A stretch of 64,000 nt of DNA from positions 14,200,001 to 14,264,000 of the forward strand of contig NC_086109.1 in assembly GCF_963921235.1 (NCBI RefSeq), in the 5' to 3' direction. The notes below the pieces were generated by a model. That model was not told the DNA's origin. It worked only from the letters and a program-made list of their open reading frames with translations, and did not search any database. Origin of the DNA: Mobula hypostoma (taxonomy: Eukaryota). How positions within the stretch are numbered: position 1 is the stretch's first letter; each line of letters starts with the position of its first letter. Below are positions 26,385 through 39,089 of the stretch, piece after piece. The position numbers and the translations under genes are program-made.

Positions 26385-27255
26385 TCTGAACTGAGAACAC
26401 AGAACAGTACAGCATAGGAGCAAGTCCTTTAGTCCGGTATTGTGCCGAATTAACCAAATGCCCAACTAATTCCTCCTGCCTACAGTGTCTGCATCCTTCC
26501 ATTTCCTGCACCTTCATGTACCTCTCCAAGAGCCTCCTGAACGCCCCCACCACCCCCTCAGGCAGCACATTCCAGGCACCACTAAAAACCTGCTTCACAC
26601 TTCTCTTGAACTTACCCCTATTCACCTTAAACTCATAACTTCTGGTATTAGGTATTTGAAACATGGGAACAAGATACTGGCTGTCTAACCCATCTATACC
26701 TCTGAGTCTCATAAACCTCTGCCAAACATTCTCCCCCCACAAACTCTGCTACTGCAGAGAAAGGAACCCAAGTTTGTCTAACCCCTTCTTTTAGCACATG
26801 ACCCCTAATCCAGGCAGCATCCTGGTAACCTCTTCTGCACCCTCTTCAATGGCTCAACATCCTTCCTATTAGGTGCCAACCAAAAGTGAATGCAATACTC
26901 CAGATGTGGCCTAGCTATAGTTCTATAAAGCTGCAACATAACTTCCCAACTCAATTTCTCAATTAATAAAGGCAAGCATGCCATGTGCCTTGACTTGGTC
27001 CCCAAGATCCCTCTGCATATCAACACCGCTAAGGGTCTTGTAAAAAAAAAAGTGTACTCTCTTTACATTTGATCTCCTGAAATGCAACACTTGACATTTG
27101 GCAACTCCATCTGCTAATCTTCCACCCATATCTGCAACTAATCGACATCTCGCTGTATCCTTTGGCAGTCTTCTACACTATTCACAACATCACCATTCTT
27201 TCTATCATCTGCAAACTTACCAAAACACAAACATCTTCATCCAGGTCATCTACAT
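26385..27255 (-). mobile_element. CR1 LINE 3' part
   Basis: ORFs 26805-27026 (VMLQLYRTIARPHLEYCIHFW) and 26341-26742 (GAWNVLPEGVV) are CR1 ORF2 C-terminal remnants. Confidence 0.8.
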
Positions 27256-27258
27256 ATA

Positions 27259-28256
27259 CAGTGGATTAATTGGGACACACAAGGACCAGTACCTTTTGGC
27301 CCAATTAGCTGAAGTTTCATGAAATAGTTAAGGTACATAAAAGAGAAACTAACATTTAACTGAGGAACACATTACTTAAATGAAATACAGAACAGATGAG
27401 AATCCTACCAATACTACTGGTGGTTGTCCATCCTATCCGACAATGACAAGAAACCTGTGTGGGAATTTTGTAAAGAGCAGAAGGCTGTTGCACTGGGGCA
27501 GTTCCACTCTCTCGACCTCAGACATCCAGGTCCAGTGAGAGGAGTAGATGTCATAATTGGGGTCTTCCCTAGTTACAGTGAGCGGCCATGACTACTTCTG
27601 TGCCTCATCATGCGATTGGCTCTCCACATTGTGTTGCAGGACCACCTTTCTGGTGGATGGGTTTAACTGTTGATCTCATTCACCCAGTCTGCCAGAGCTG
27701 ACTTCACATGTCAAGACAAAAATGTCCTCATCTCACCAGGGTACGAGAATTGCCGGCTAGTCTCACCTGGTTTAGTCCACCTGTCAAAGCAGTGTACCGG
27801 GATGTGGCCGCTGTCACATGCAAACAGCTACTTGGAACCACAGGTAAGCCCACAGGGACCAAAGGTAACATTCAAGATGACTGTCAATAGTTTAAGATTC
27901 TTTGTCATTTCTAACTTACAGTGAAATAGATGGGAGTGAAAATGAAACTATTTCTAGCATTTCCAAGTCTGAATGCTTGAAACTGCAGTGAGCAAAACAA
28001 TTCTAAATGGTCTTACTGCTCATTTCTTGCCAACTATCAGTGACACAAATCAATATCTTTCGAACACAAAGAACACACACACACGCTCATTAGAAAATGT
28101 TCGGCAACAGTCTCTTGCCCCAATTAAGCGATATATTATCTGAAATAAACAAAAGGGAATCACAGCTACTTTCTCGATTTGCTTTTGCTCTTTAGAGTTG
28201 TCCCAATTAGTCTGTTGCTCCGATTCACCAACAATCCAATTAACCAGAACCCTCTG
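27259..28256. mobile_element. Tigger/pogo-type MITE carrying an inserted RTE-like non-autonomous element (about 27415-27880, minus strand)
   Basis: TA|cagtggattaattggga ... ccaattaaccagaaccctctg|TA: imperfect terminal inverted repeats with TA flanks. The insert's family assignment is from recall and is less certain. Confidence 0.55.
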
Positions 28257-28794
28257 TATAAAATAGCAGTGATCCCTGAATGGATCTCTGCAGGATATCA
28301 GTATTCACTGACCTCCAGCCAGAATTTTTCTTGGTTTGGTTTTAGTATGCACTTCACATAACATTGATAACTTCTTGCTTTTTATTTTCTCTCGTTGTCA
28401 ACAGATTAAAACCCAAAAGTCACATTGTGGATACAAACCCGATGTGTACAAACTCATTCAGAAAATGGATCATGAGGTATGGAAGGGTGGTGTTCAACGT
28501 AATACCAACACAAAGCTCACCAAATTGTGAATGTCCAAAGCTTACCAGGAGAAAGCCTGGATTTGTCATTAATATGCAATCAATGAAAGTGCACGCCGAC
28601 TGAGTTAGTAACCAAATCTTTAAAAATGAAACCGAGTCCTAAAAATCTCTCATGCAGCAAAGCTGATGATCAGATGGTTTCTTTGAAAGCAGCTTATGTA
28701 GGCTGTGCTGGAGGAATCATGGAAGCTGGTGGACTTTTGTGGCAAAAATACCCTATTACTAACACATTTTATATGGAAAACTGGTAAACTATCA

Positions 28795-29478
28795 CCACAA
28801 TGAAGAGGAGAGGCTGATCTGAGGGTCAAGGCGTGCGGGTGTGATACAGAGCCAGAGCGAGGTCAAAGGGGGGCTGAATTGGAGATATACTTGGAGTGAG
28901 CAGAGGAGGAGGGAAAAGCTGAAGCACGGCTGTTTCGGAACCTGTCTGCCTAAACTGGGAGTGAGGTTTGAACCATCGCCATGCTGTTTTGGAAAGGTTG
29001 AGTATAGGCCGTAAGTGGCCCGGGCTTGGGGGAATGACTCCATGCTTGGATAGGTTAAGCGCCGGGCCAGATGGACTGAAAAGACAGGGTGTCAGGACCA
29101 GAGGCGACAGTCCAGCTGGTTCTGCTCCACAACGTTTTACTCTGATCTCCTCAGCACTGAGGCTGTGTCGTGCCCCGGTTGCTCCGGGGTTAGTGTCTGT
29201 GAACTTCACAGCGATTCACCTCTGTGATGGACTGGGACTATGAGTCTACTCTGGCTGCTCAAAGATTCAGGTTTACGGACTCCATTTCAATCTGAATGTT
29301 GATGCCTGCTTTACTGTTTGAATGATTCGATTTGTTTTCTCTCCTGTCTGTGCATTGGGTGTTGGTCTTTTATTTTAAATTGAGATCTTTCAAGTTTGTT
29401 TTGTGACTGCCTGTAAGCAAATAAACCTCAAGGGTGTATAATCTATGCATACTTTGACAATAAAATGTACTTTGAAAA
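28795..29478 (+). mobile_element. Non-autonomous retroelement with GC-rich head and LINE-type tail
   Basis: No recognisable coding ORF. Tail tgcctgtaagcaaataaacctcaagg...ttgacaataaaatgtactttgaa. A related copy lies on the minus strand at about 52305-52660 inside a CR1. Confidence 0.55.
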
Positions 29479-30344
29479 TCTGATTCAAAAGTGTCCTTTA
29501 AAAATAAATTTGTTTAGGTCATCAGGATTGATCCAGTTCTAAACTATCTGGATGACTCAACTTACAGCAAGTTAAAACAAATGACTTATTTTGCAAAGCA
29601 ATTAAGTATGATTACCAAGCCTCTGGAATTACCCTGGAAACTGGACATAGTAGTTAGGGTTGGTAAGTTCTCAGCAAACTCTGTTGACTTCAGAAGTATG
29701 ACAGCACCTGCAGACTGCCCTCAGCACATGCTCGATTCAATTGACAAATAAAGCTAATCTTCAGCTCTAACTACTGAATGTCACTAACTCAGGGCAATAA
29801 AGGAAGCATGAAAACTCGGAAAATACTGCAGACAGAAATGTTGACAGCCAATATTCAGTTGAATATGAGATGAATCAATAGTCAGTGGTCTAAGCCAAGT
29901 GTGCTGGAATCTGTAATGAATTTTTTTTGTCAAGCCTACAGCGAGGGATGAATAAATAATTCCATCATGTTATCAATCAATCCAGGTAGCAAGATCCAGA
30001 AAAGTAAAATAAAAGACTCCTACAGTACGCAAACTCCTGGAGGAGTCATTTAACAGAACGTCTGCAAAACTGTAACATAACATTAAAAATACAGATTATA
30101 GTTATGGTGCCACTTCTGGTAAATAAATAGCTCTGCTTCATAGTAGGTTATCTATTCTAATTACTGCCATTGAATGTGCAACCATCTGGACTTTACTGAC
30201 CTTCATCAAGATGGAGTGATGCATTTACAAAGAAACAACACAGATTGCAGCAGAGGATGCTCAACCTTGGTGTATTTTTTTTTAAAAAAAGGCTCCCGTT
30301 TGTATCAGAAAAGGAATTAGTTATATGGAAGTAGAAAAATACAT

Positions 30345-31190
30345 CAAACAGAAGAGGAGAGAGCATGAACAGACCCTTCAGTCCACAAAGTGTGCCAAGC
30401 ATAATGCCAAATTAAACGAATCCTTTCTGCCTTCACATGCCTATATAACAGCCTCTTGTACTCCACTATCATATCTGCTTCCACTATCAGCCCGGTGGTG
30501 CATTCTAGGCACCTGTCTGTGTAAAATAAACTTGTTCCACACATCCCCTTTAAACTTTTGCCCTCTCACCTTAAAGCTATCCCCTCTTACATTTGACCCA
30601 CACACCCCCCACCCGGGTAGAAATTAAGGATTCTGGCTCCATACACACAAAATGTTAGTGCAACTCAGCAGGCCAGGCAGCGTCTATGGAGAAAGAGTAC
30701 AGTCGTCATTTCGGGCCAAGACCCTCCATCAGAATTGGCCAGCCACAATGAAGGGTCTCAGCCTGAAATGTTGACTGTTTATTTCTCTTCCTGACCTGCT
30801 GAGTTCCTAAAGCCACGAGTCTGTGCGCTCTTCTTGATTTCCAAGCTTCTGCAGACTCTCGTGTTTAAGATTCTGGCTGTCCACCCTATCCAATCCTCTC
30901 AATTTTATAAACTTTTATTAGGTTTCCACTCAGCCTCTGATGCCGCAGAGAAAACAATCCAAGTTTGTCTAACCTCTCCTCACAACTCTAATCCATGCAG
31001 AATCCTGGTAAACCTCTTCTGAATCTTCTCCAAAGCTTCCAGATTCTTCGTGTAATGAGGTAACTGGAATTGTACACAATATTCCAAGTGTAGCCAAAGT
31101 TTTACCCACCAGCAACATATTTTACTGGTTCTTATCTTCTATGCCCCTAGTGACGAAGGCAAGCATGTCATTCCCCTTTGTTAAGTTGCA
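30345..31190 (-). mobile_element. CR1 LINE 3' part interrupted by a Penelope mini-element (30639-30868)
   Basis: CR1 C-terminal and 3' UTR sequence on both sides of the insert, with GATTCTGGCT duplicated at 30629-30638 and 30869-30878. Confidence 0.75.
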
Positions 31191-32104
31191 ACTCCGCAGC
31201 ATGCAATACTTCTAAAATGCACTTGAACTAACCCAGCCTTGTAAACATTAGGGTACAAAGGGAAAAATATGAACACAAGGGTGTGAAAATAAAGTTAAAA
31301 TCAAAACAAAGGTTTGTTCAGAAAAGCTTGTACTTAAAAGATAAAAACAATGACAAGATTAACTTATTAACTGCAGATATTGGAAATTTGTAAATACTAG
31401 AACCACTCTTCAGATCAAAGAGCATTTAATGAACAATACTTAGAACCAAAATGCAGTTTCTCAGAATCAGGTTTATCACTGACAAGCGTTGTGAAATTTG
31501 TTGCTTTGTGGCAGCAGTGCCATGCAATACATCAACTATGTTACAATAAATAAATTATATTTATATATTGTATACATATGTATGTTGTACATCTACAAAC
31601 ACAATACTGTGCAAAAGTCTAAGGCACCTTAGCTTTATTTATGTGAATACGTAGGGCAAGAAGAGTGCAGTGTTCATGAGCTGGTTCACTGTCCATTCAG
31701 AAATTTGATAGCAGATGGGAAGCTGTTCCTTAACTGTTGAGTAGGTCTTCAGGCTCGTGTATCTCCTCATTGGCAGCAATGAGAAAAGGGCATGTCCTGG
31801 GCGATGGGAGTCATCGCCATTTGAAGATGTCCTGGATGATGGGGAGGCTTATGCCCATGATGGAGCTGGCTCAGTTTGTAACTCTCTGCAACCTTGTTCA
31901 TTCAGTGTAATGCAATGGCCCTCCTGGTGATCCAAACAGAATGCTCTCCACAACACATCTGTAGAAATTTGCTACCCCTACGAGTTTTTCCTCTTTCCAC
32001 AGGTGCTGTCTGACCTGCTTGGTATTTTTAAATCTGTTGCTCTTTGGTTAGTGTTCTAGGAACTTGCATGTACATCTTCAGGTGAATGCAACCTGAAGTA
32101 ACCA

Positions 32105-32250
32105 AAGCAACACACACAAAACACTGGTGAAGGGTCTCAGCCTGAAACATCGGCTGTTTACTCTTTTCCACAGATGCCTCCTGGCCTGCTGAGTTCCTCC
32201 AGCATTGCGTGCATGTGGCCTTGGATTTCTAACATCTGCAGATTTTGTGT
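32105..32250 (+). mobile_element. 146-bp Penelope-like mini-insertion with a 12-bp target-site duplication
   Basis: CTGAAGTAACCA at 32093-32104 and 32251-32262. The body is a short inverted pLTR piece fused to tgaagggtctcagcctgaaac...gcatctgcaga-type pLTR end. Confidence 0.85.
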
Positions 32251-33459
32251 CTGAAGTAACCATATTCAATGGAGCACTGCACTTCAGCAGACATAATACT
32301 GGGCTTGGAAGTAAAAGTCTGAAATATTTTGGAAGAATTAATATATTGAGTTCATATATAAAATTGTTAGTATATAGATAAATCCAAATTATACCAAGGA
32401 TCAAAGGGTTAATTCATGAGGCAAGGCTGCATTCAGTGGAGAGAGGATTGGGGGTGATCATTTTGACAGGGTAGATATGGATAAATTACATTCTTTCTTC
32501 AGAAAAGTGCAGAGGGCTGGGTGGGGACAAGAACCAAGCCATTATTTAACTTATTGCAAAGGGGAATGGAAATTCTTTAAAAAAAGTGTTCCCTCCAAAA
32601 AGGAGTAAGACTGTTAGAGACAGAAGACAACAGATATTGGAAATCTGCAGCAAAACAGACACTGAAGGAACTCAGCAAGTCAACCAGTATCTGCGGAGAT
32701 CAAAACTTCTATCATCTAAAAACTTCAAAGCTGAGATTATTTTGCTTGTATTAAAATTTAGGAACCAAGGATGGTAGAAAGGAATTAAGATGCAGATCAG
32801 CTTTGATCTCAATTATTGAACAAGCTGGCGGGGGGGGGGGGGGAAGAAATGGGGGTGAATAGTCCATCCCTGTTCCAACTTTCTCAACGTGTAATCAATT
32901 AGACAAACCTTTTGACATCTCAGAGGCTGTTATGATTCCATGCATTCTACCAGAGACCAAGCCCAACTCTTAGAATCTGGTCAGTGTTTTAAGCTGCAAG
33001 TGAAAGTGGGCAAGAGAATTGAGAACAGCTTGCCCAAACTCTAACTGAAGCCACATGACAGATCTGACTGCTGAATAATTTATAAACCGCACTTGGGTCT
33101 CTGCTACTCAGCTTACCAGTGGTCCGTTGCATTAGAATGATTTAACAGTGACAATAACGACCAGCTCATTTAGTAACCAAATATTTCTCATAGCAACATC
33201 ATGTCAATAAGGTTGCTATCGTGACTGGGCATGGCTAATCAAAGTATTTATGCTTTCTTTTAAAAAAAATGGAAGGACAAAACACTTTTCTACTCATAGT
33301 AACTGGAAAGAATATCACCTCCCTTTGACACAATTGAAATTGCTTCCACATTCTCACCCAGCTATCTGACATCTCACATTGTCCAAATATCACTGGGCAC
33401 ATTCTGTCCTGCAAGTTTGACCTGCTCTACATTCCCGTTCATTCTCAGGACATGCCCAG

Positions 33460-35860
33460 TGTTGGCAAGGTCAAAGTACATATATGCCACCATATGCAAC
33501 TCATGATTCAAGATCAGATGATTCATACTCAACAAATCTGTAGAACAATAGCATAACAGAATTAACGAAAGACCTCCCAACTTGGGCGTTCAACCAAAGT
33601 ACAGAAGACAACAAACTGGAAATACAAAAGCAAATAAATAATTAAATGAACAATAAATATCACAAACATGAGATGAAGTTAGTCCATTGGTTGTGGGAAC
33701 ATTTCAATAATGGGGCAAGTGAAGTTATCCCCCTTGGTTCAAGAGCCTGATGGTTGAGGGGTAAAAACTGATCCTGAACCTGGTGGCGGTGAGTCCTGGG
33801 GCTCCTGTACCTTTTTCCTGATGGCAGCAGCAAGAAGAGAACACGTCCCAGGTGGTAGGGGTCCCGATGATGAATATTGCTTTCCTGCAACAGTGTTTCA
33901 TGTACATATGCTCAATGGTTGAGAGGGCTATACCTGTGATGGACTGGGCTGCACCCACTACTTTTTGCAAGATTTAGAATTCAAGGGTATTGGTGTTTCC
34001 ATACCAGTCAATATATTCTCTACTGCACATCTACAGAAGTTTATCATACTGAATTGCTGTAAACTCCTGAGGAGTAGAGGCTCTACCATGCTTTCTTTGT
34101 AATTGCACTTACGTGCTGGGCCCAAAAATAATAACACAGGAATTTAAATTCACTGACCCCCTCCACCTCTGATCCAGCTCTGGTTTCCTTCTCCTGAAGT
34201 CAATAACCAGCTCCTTCATCTTCCTGACATTGAGTAAGAGGTTGTTGTTATGACACCACTCAGCCAGATTTTCAACCTCCCTCCCGATTCCTCATCAGCA
34301 TCTTTAATTCAGTCCACTACAATGGTATTGTCAGCAGAGGAGGAGAAGGTGGCAGCGTGACAGCAGCACACGCGGCCTCTCCGGTGAATGAATGATACCT
34401 GTTATCTGTTAAGTAGGGGACCGTGCACAATTCTGATTTGATGGAGACGGACGTGAGAGTACGGAGGAACATCTGGAAAAGTTCTGAAATGCCTGCTTCA
34501 CTGCCACTGTTACTGTGTGGTAACCGGAATCTCTGGAGCAGAAGGCCCCAAAATCCCCGGCTTTGCGTGTTTCAGCGGCCGGGGCGAGGCCAAAGGTGCT
34601 CGGCAGAGGATGACGCTCCGGAGGCTGTATCGGAGGGGCTGGTCGGAGGCTCGAAGTTTTCAGATGGATGGACTCAGTGTCGGCTGCTTCCAAGGCATCG
34701 GCAAGTTGATAGTGCCTGGAGGTTTATGGCAGGGAGTTTCTCCCTTTTGCCGCCTGCTATCGGGGACTCGGGAGTCAATCGACTCGGGGACTTTGAAACT
34801 ATTTTTACCGTGCCCATGGTTTGTTCTTCATCAAATTATGGTATTGTTTTGTACTTCTGTAACTATATGTTATAATTATGTGATTCTGTCAGTGTTGGTC
34901 TTTGGTTTGTCCTGTTTTCTGGGATATCACGCCGGAGAAACATTGTATCATTTCTTAATGCATGTATGCATTTCTAAATGACAATAAAAGAGGACTGAGT
35001 GTTCTCATAACCTAAAAAGAACTTAAATATGGCACTGGAGGAGGCTAACCTGTGCTGATGGCAATCGTTGCCAATCCAAATTGACTGGTGAGGAAATGGA
35101 GGATCCAACTGCAGAAGGAGCTATGGAGGCCAGGGTCTTGGAGCTTATTGAGTAGCTTTGAGGGAATGATGATATTGAATGCTGAGCTGTCGTCGATAAA
35201 CAGCATCCTGATGTATGCATCCTTGTTGTCCAGACGCTCCAGGTTTGAGTGATGAGCCAATGTGATGTCATCTACTGTGGACCCGTTGCTCTGCTAGGCA
35301 AATTGGAGCAGATCTAAGCTGCTTCTCAGGAAGGAGTTGACATATTTCATTATCAAACTCTCAAAAGGCTTCATCACTGTGGATGTAAGTGCCACTGGTA
35401 ATAGTAATTAAGGCAGGTCACCACACTCCTCTTGGGGACTGATATAACTGAAGCCTGCTTGAAACAGTGGGGTACCATACACTGCCGGAATAAGAATAAA
35501 GATCTCAGTGAACACTCCAGCCAGTTGATCCACACAGGCTTTCAGTACTTGGCCAGGTACCCCATCTAGGTTAGATGTTTTTAGGGTTCACTCTCCTGAA
35601 GGCTGCACACGTCAGCCTGAGAGACTGAAATCACAGGATGATCAGGGGTTGTTGGAGTTTCTGATGGTTCCTCCATGTTTTGATGGTCAAAGCAAGCACA
35701 GAAGGCATTGGGCACATCTGGAAGCAAAGCCCTGTTGTCACCAATGTCACTTGATTTAAGAGGTGATAGTCTCAAGCTCTACCACAATTGTCGAGAATCC
35801 TTTACTGATTCACGCTTAGTACAGAATTGCCACTTTGCCCGTGGCAAACGTGCAGTGAGT
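33460..35860 (-). mobile_element. Decayed Rex1/Babar-type LINE interrupted by a plus-strand non-autonomous element
   Basis: ORFs 35045-35260 ([23 protein letters not shown]), 33725-33970 (QKVVGAAQSITG...RFRISFYPSTIRLLN) and 35581-35775. Confidence 0.8.
34337..35018 (+). mobile_element. Non-autonomous retroelement of about 680 bp, apparently full length
   Basis: Splits the Rex1 KFAD coding segment (gtcagc|...|aacttaaatatggca). GC-rich head ggagaaggtggcagcg and tail aaatgacaataaaagaggactg. A second, 5'-shorter copy is at 60217-60812. Confidence 0.75.
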
Positions 35861-36684
35861 ATAACTGCGAGCTTACCTTCTTAGCCAACTACATCATTTC
35901 GGGGTCCACTTCTGCAATCTAACAGCCCAGTCCATACTCCAAGCTGCATTTGTAGCTTCTAATCCTGCTCCAGTGATCAAGGGGCACTACCCAACAGGAA
36001 ACACCTTCTCTAAGTATCTTATCCAACTTTCAATACATCTTTCTCCCATGATTCATCAATGGCCATATTGACTTTGTACAGAAGTCCAAGCTATATTACA
36101 AGGCCATATACACAAGTCTTTTTGTGGGCCCATTGATCACAGCACAGGGACAAAAAGAGAAATCCTCTAATCACCACAACTTCTGGTTTCTTGATGGCCT
36201 GTACTAGCAGCAATCATGTCCACTTGCTGAGATGAAGCTCTAAAATTCCCTTCGCAAACTTTTGTTTCTAAACTTGTAAGACAGACATTAAAACTTACTT
36301 CAATGACACCTCAGTATCAGATTTTGTGACTTGCTTAGCATATTTTGTTACACTGAAAAGCACCAAATAATAGAATCAATTTCTGTCGTACTCCAGCTGT
36401 TCCCTAAAACATGAAGGAAGTTCCTGCTTTATTTACCAGAAGGCAACAGATAAAATTTGGCACCATCTTATTCTTCTTTTTCAAATACGGTTGGGCTTTT
36501 CACAATCCTTTTCCGCTGACAAACTTACAAGTATACCATCATGCCAATTTGATTAAAGATATCAGCGGTAGAATTCTATATGAAGCAAGTCTCCTCTTTG
36601 TGCAATGCCACTTAATGGAAACTTCATCTCAGTAAGGGGTTAAGATCCAAGTGTTTAATATAACCATCTTCAACAAAATAAAGA

Positions 36685-37100
36685 TTAGATTAGATTCAAC
36701 TTTATTGTCAATGTGTCGAGCACAGATACAAAGCCATTGAAATGCAGTAAGCATCTGACCAGAAAGGCAAAGAATAGTGTTATTTACAAAATAACTGCGA
36801 ATCAAAAGTAAGTGCTACAGCACACAAATATAAAAGTACTGAGACAGTACAATATGGGTGCAATACTGCTTAGCACTGTGATGTGAGGTTCAGCAGGGTC
36901 ACAGCCTCAGGGAAGAAGCTCTTCCTGTGCCTGTTGGTGCAGGAGCAGAGGCTCCTGTAGCGCCTACCGGATGGGAGGAGAGTAAAAAGTCCATGGTTAG
37001 GGTGAGATGCATCCTTGATAATGCTTTTCGCCCTGCCCAGGCAGCATTTATGGTAGATGTTCTCAATGGTGGGCAACTGGGTGCTGATAATCCGCTGGGC
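36685..37100 (-). mobile_element. Rex1/Babar-type LINE 3' end
   Basis: ORF 36870-37076 (PTIENIY...AKSIIKDASHPNHGLFTLLPSGRRYRS...SFFPEAV) and a (ctaat)n tail. Confidence 0.8.
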
Positions 37101-37300
37101 TCAAAATGGAACCTCATTTTGACTTCCACCTCAGAGGAGCAAAATAGCTTGGTCTGAAATATTACTTCAACATTAATTTATCACCTCTTGGTATGCCATG
37201 TCCCATCCTTCCTTCAAGACCCTGCTTGCCAGGAAAGACAAAAGGCACACTGGACAATGGCATAACACTTCTACTGAATAGATATGATTAATATCGATGA

Positions 37301-37893
37301 GTAACACACACAAAATGCTGGTGGAACGCAGCAGGCCAGACAGCATCCATAGGAAGAAGCACATTTTGGGCTGAGACCCTTCATCAGGACTAACTGAAAG
37401 AAGAGCTAGTAAGAGATTTGAAAGTGGGGGGGGGAGGGAATAATAAATAAATACTGACTTCTCTAACTTCTGTTAATGCTCCTCCTCCCCTTCTTACCCC
37501 CATCCCTTATTTATTTATTATTTTTTCCCCCTTTTTCCTCTCCCTGTCCCTCTCAATAACTCCTTGCCTGCTCTCCATCTTCCTCTGGTGCTCCCCTTCC
37601 CCTTTCTTTCTCCCCAGGCCTCCAATCTCATGATCCTCTCCCTTCTCCAGCCTTGTATCCCTTTTGTCAATCAACTGTCCAGCTCTTGGCTCCATCCCTC
37701 CCTCTCCTGTTTTCTCCTATCATTTCAGATCTCCCCCTCCCAAATCTCTATCTATCTCTTCTTTCAGTTAGACCTGACGACGGGTCTCGACCCGAAACGT
37801 CAACTGTGCTTCTTCCTATGGATGCTGTCTGGCCTGCTACGTTGCACGAGCATTTCGTGTGTGTGTTGCTTGAATTTCCAGCATCTGCAGATC
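37301..37893 (+). mobile_element. Penelope-like element 3' end preceded by its own inverted pseudo-LTR
   Basis: 37301-37440 is the reverse complement of the end of 37441-37893 and shares private variants (gcaggccagacagcatccataggaagaagcac vs gtgcttcttcctatggatgctgtctggcctgc). Hammerhead core CTGACGA-cgggtctcgaccc-GAAACGTC at 37774-37801. Confidence 0.85.
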
Positions 37894-37894
37894 T

Positions 37895-38275
37895 GCAATG
37901 GGTGGCAGGGTGGTGATACACCTCTGCCAAAGGAGGTGCAAAGTGCTTCTTCCCTCCGCTAGCCTGCAGATCATCCTTAGACAAGGTGTAACATCTGCTT
38001 AGACCCCTGACAGGGTCACGTGAAGCCATGGGAGCAGGCAGTGGATGGTCATATGAACAGCTGGCGCATATCACAAGTCCTGGTTATGCGACCACTGACG
38101 TCAGGCTGACAACCTCTGAAGAGTATTAGTAATGGCTGGGCTCATCCGGCTTGTAAAGACACTGCCCAGAAGGCAATAGCAAACCACTTCTGCAGGAAAA
38201 AAAATTACCAAGAATAATCGATGGTCACAAGACCAAGATCGTCCATGTCCTACTGACATGGGACATGATGACTGA
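37895..38275 (+). mobile_element. RTE-related SINE or non-autonomous element
   Basis: Three copies: here, about 61455-61830 (+) and about 45810-45960 (-, partial). Contains gaaggcaat(a/g)gcaaa(c/t)cacttctg, resembling the RTE/Bov-A 5'UTR motif. Confidence 0.6.
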
Positions 38276-39089
38276 CAAAATTATGTTGACCACTGAAATC
38301 GATGTGGGGGAGCACATGCGACTCAGTGGTCCATACGTAGCAAGCAAATTCAACTAACCTAGGGAATGTAAAGCAGAAACAACAGCAACTTCTCCCAATA
38401 AAAGCAGGGTAATTTATCCAACAGTGCATGGAGAATAGCTAAATTATCTTCACAAATCCAATCCGTCACAACAGCAGTGTAAAGATTAACTTTGCCATAT
38501 GTATATCAGAACGTACTGTAAAATGTGTCATTTGCATCAACCACCACAGTCCGAGGAAATGCTGGGGCAGGCCGCAAGTGCCACCATTCTTCCAGTACCA
38601 ACACAGCATGCACACAATTTACTAACCCTAACCTTATACTTTTGGATCAAATATGATTGATGACCCCCCCCCCCCCCAAACCACTTTCATCCTAACCAGC
38701 AAAAACCATTGCATTTTAATAGGCCCATGATTAAAATCCATACAAGATAACAAAGGGTACAGATAGTCCTCTATAGAATGAGATGGTACACTGTTGAGGC
38801 AGTGGACAAGAAACATCACTCCACATTCAATCCATCTGGCAAGTTATTGCATGCTAATAGATGGTGTGCATTAGCCAGTGCCAAGACATTTACCTTTGGT
38901 ATTCCATGAACTTGAATTAAAAACCATTTACTGCTACTGGCTTCCCTCCTTGGGAACAACGGTCATGACATTAAAAAAAAACGGAAGTGCCTTTGTAAAC
39001 TTTCAGAATTATTTCATTTGCAAACTGGCCATCTTTAATACAAAATTATTTTCCTCAACTGTGGTGAACACCTCAGAAAGTTATCGTTT

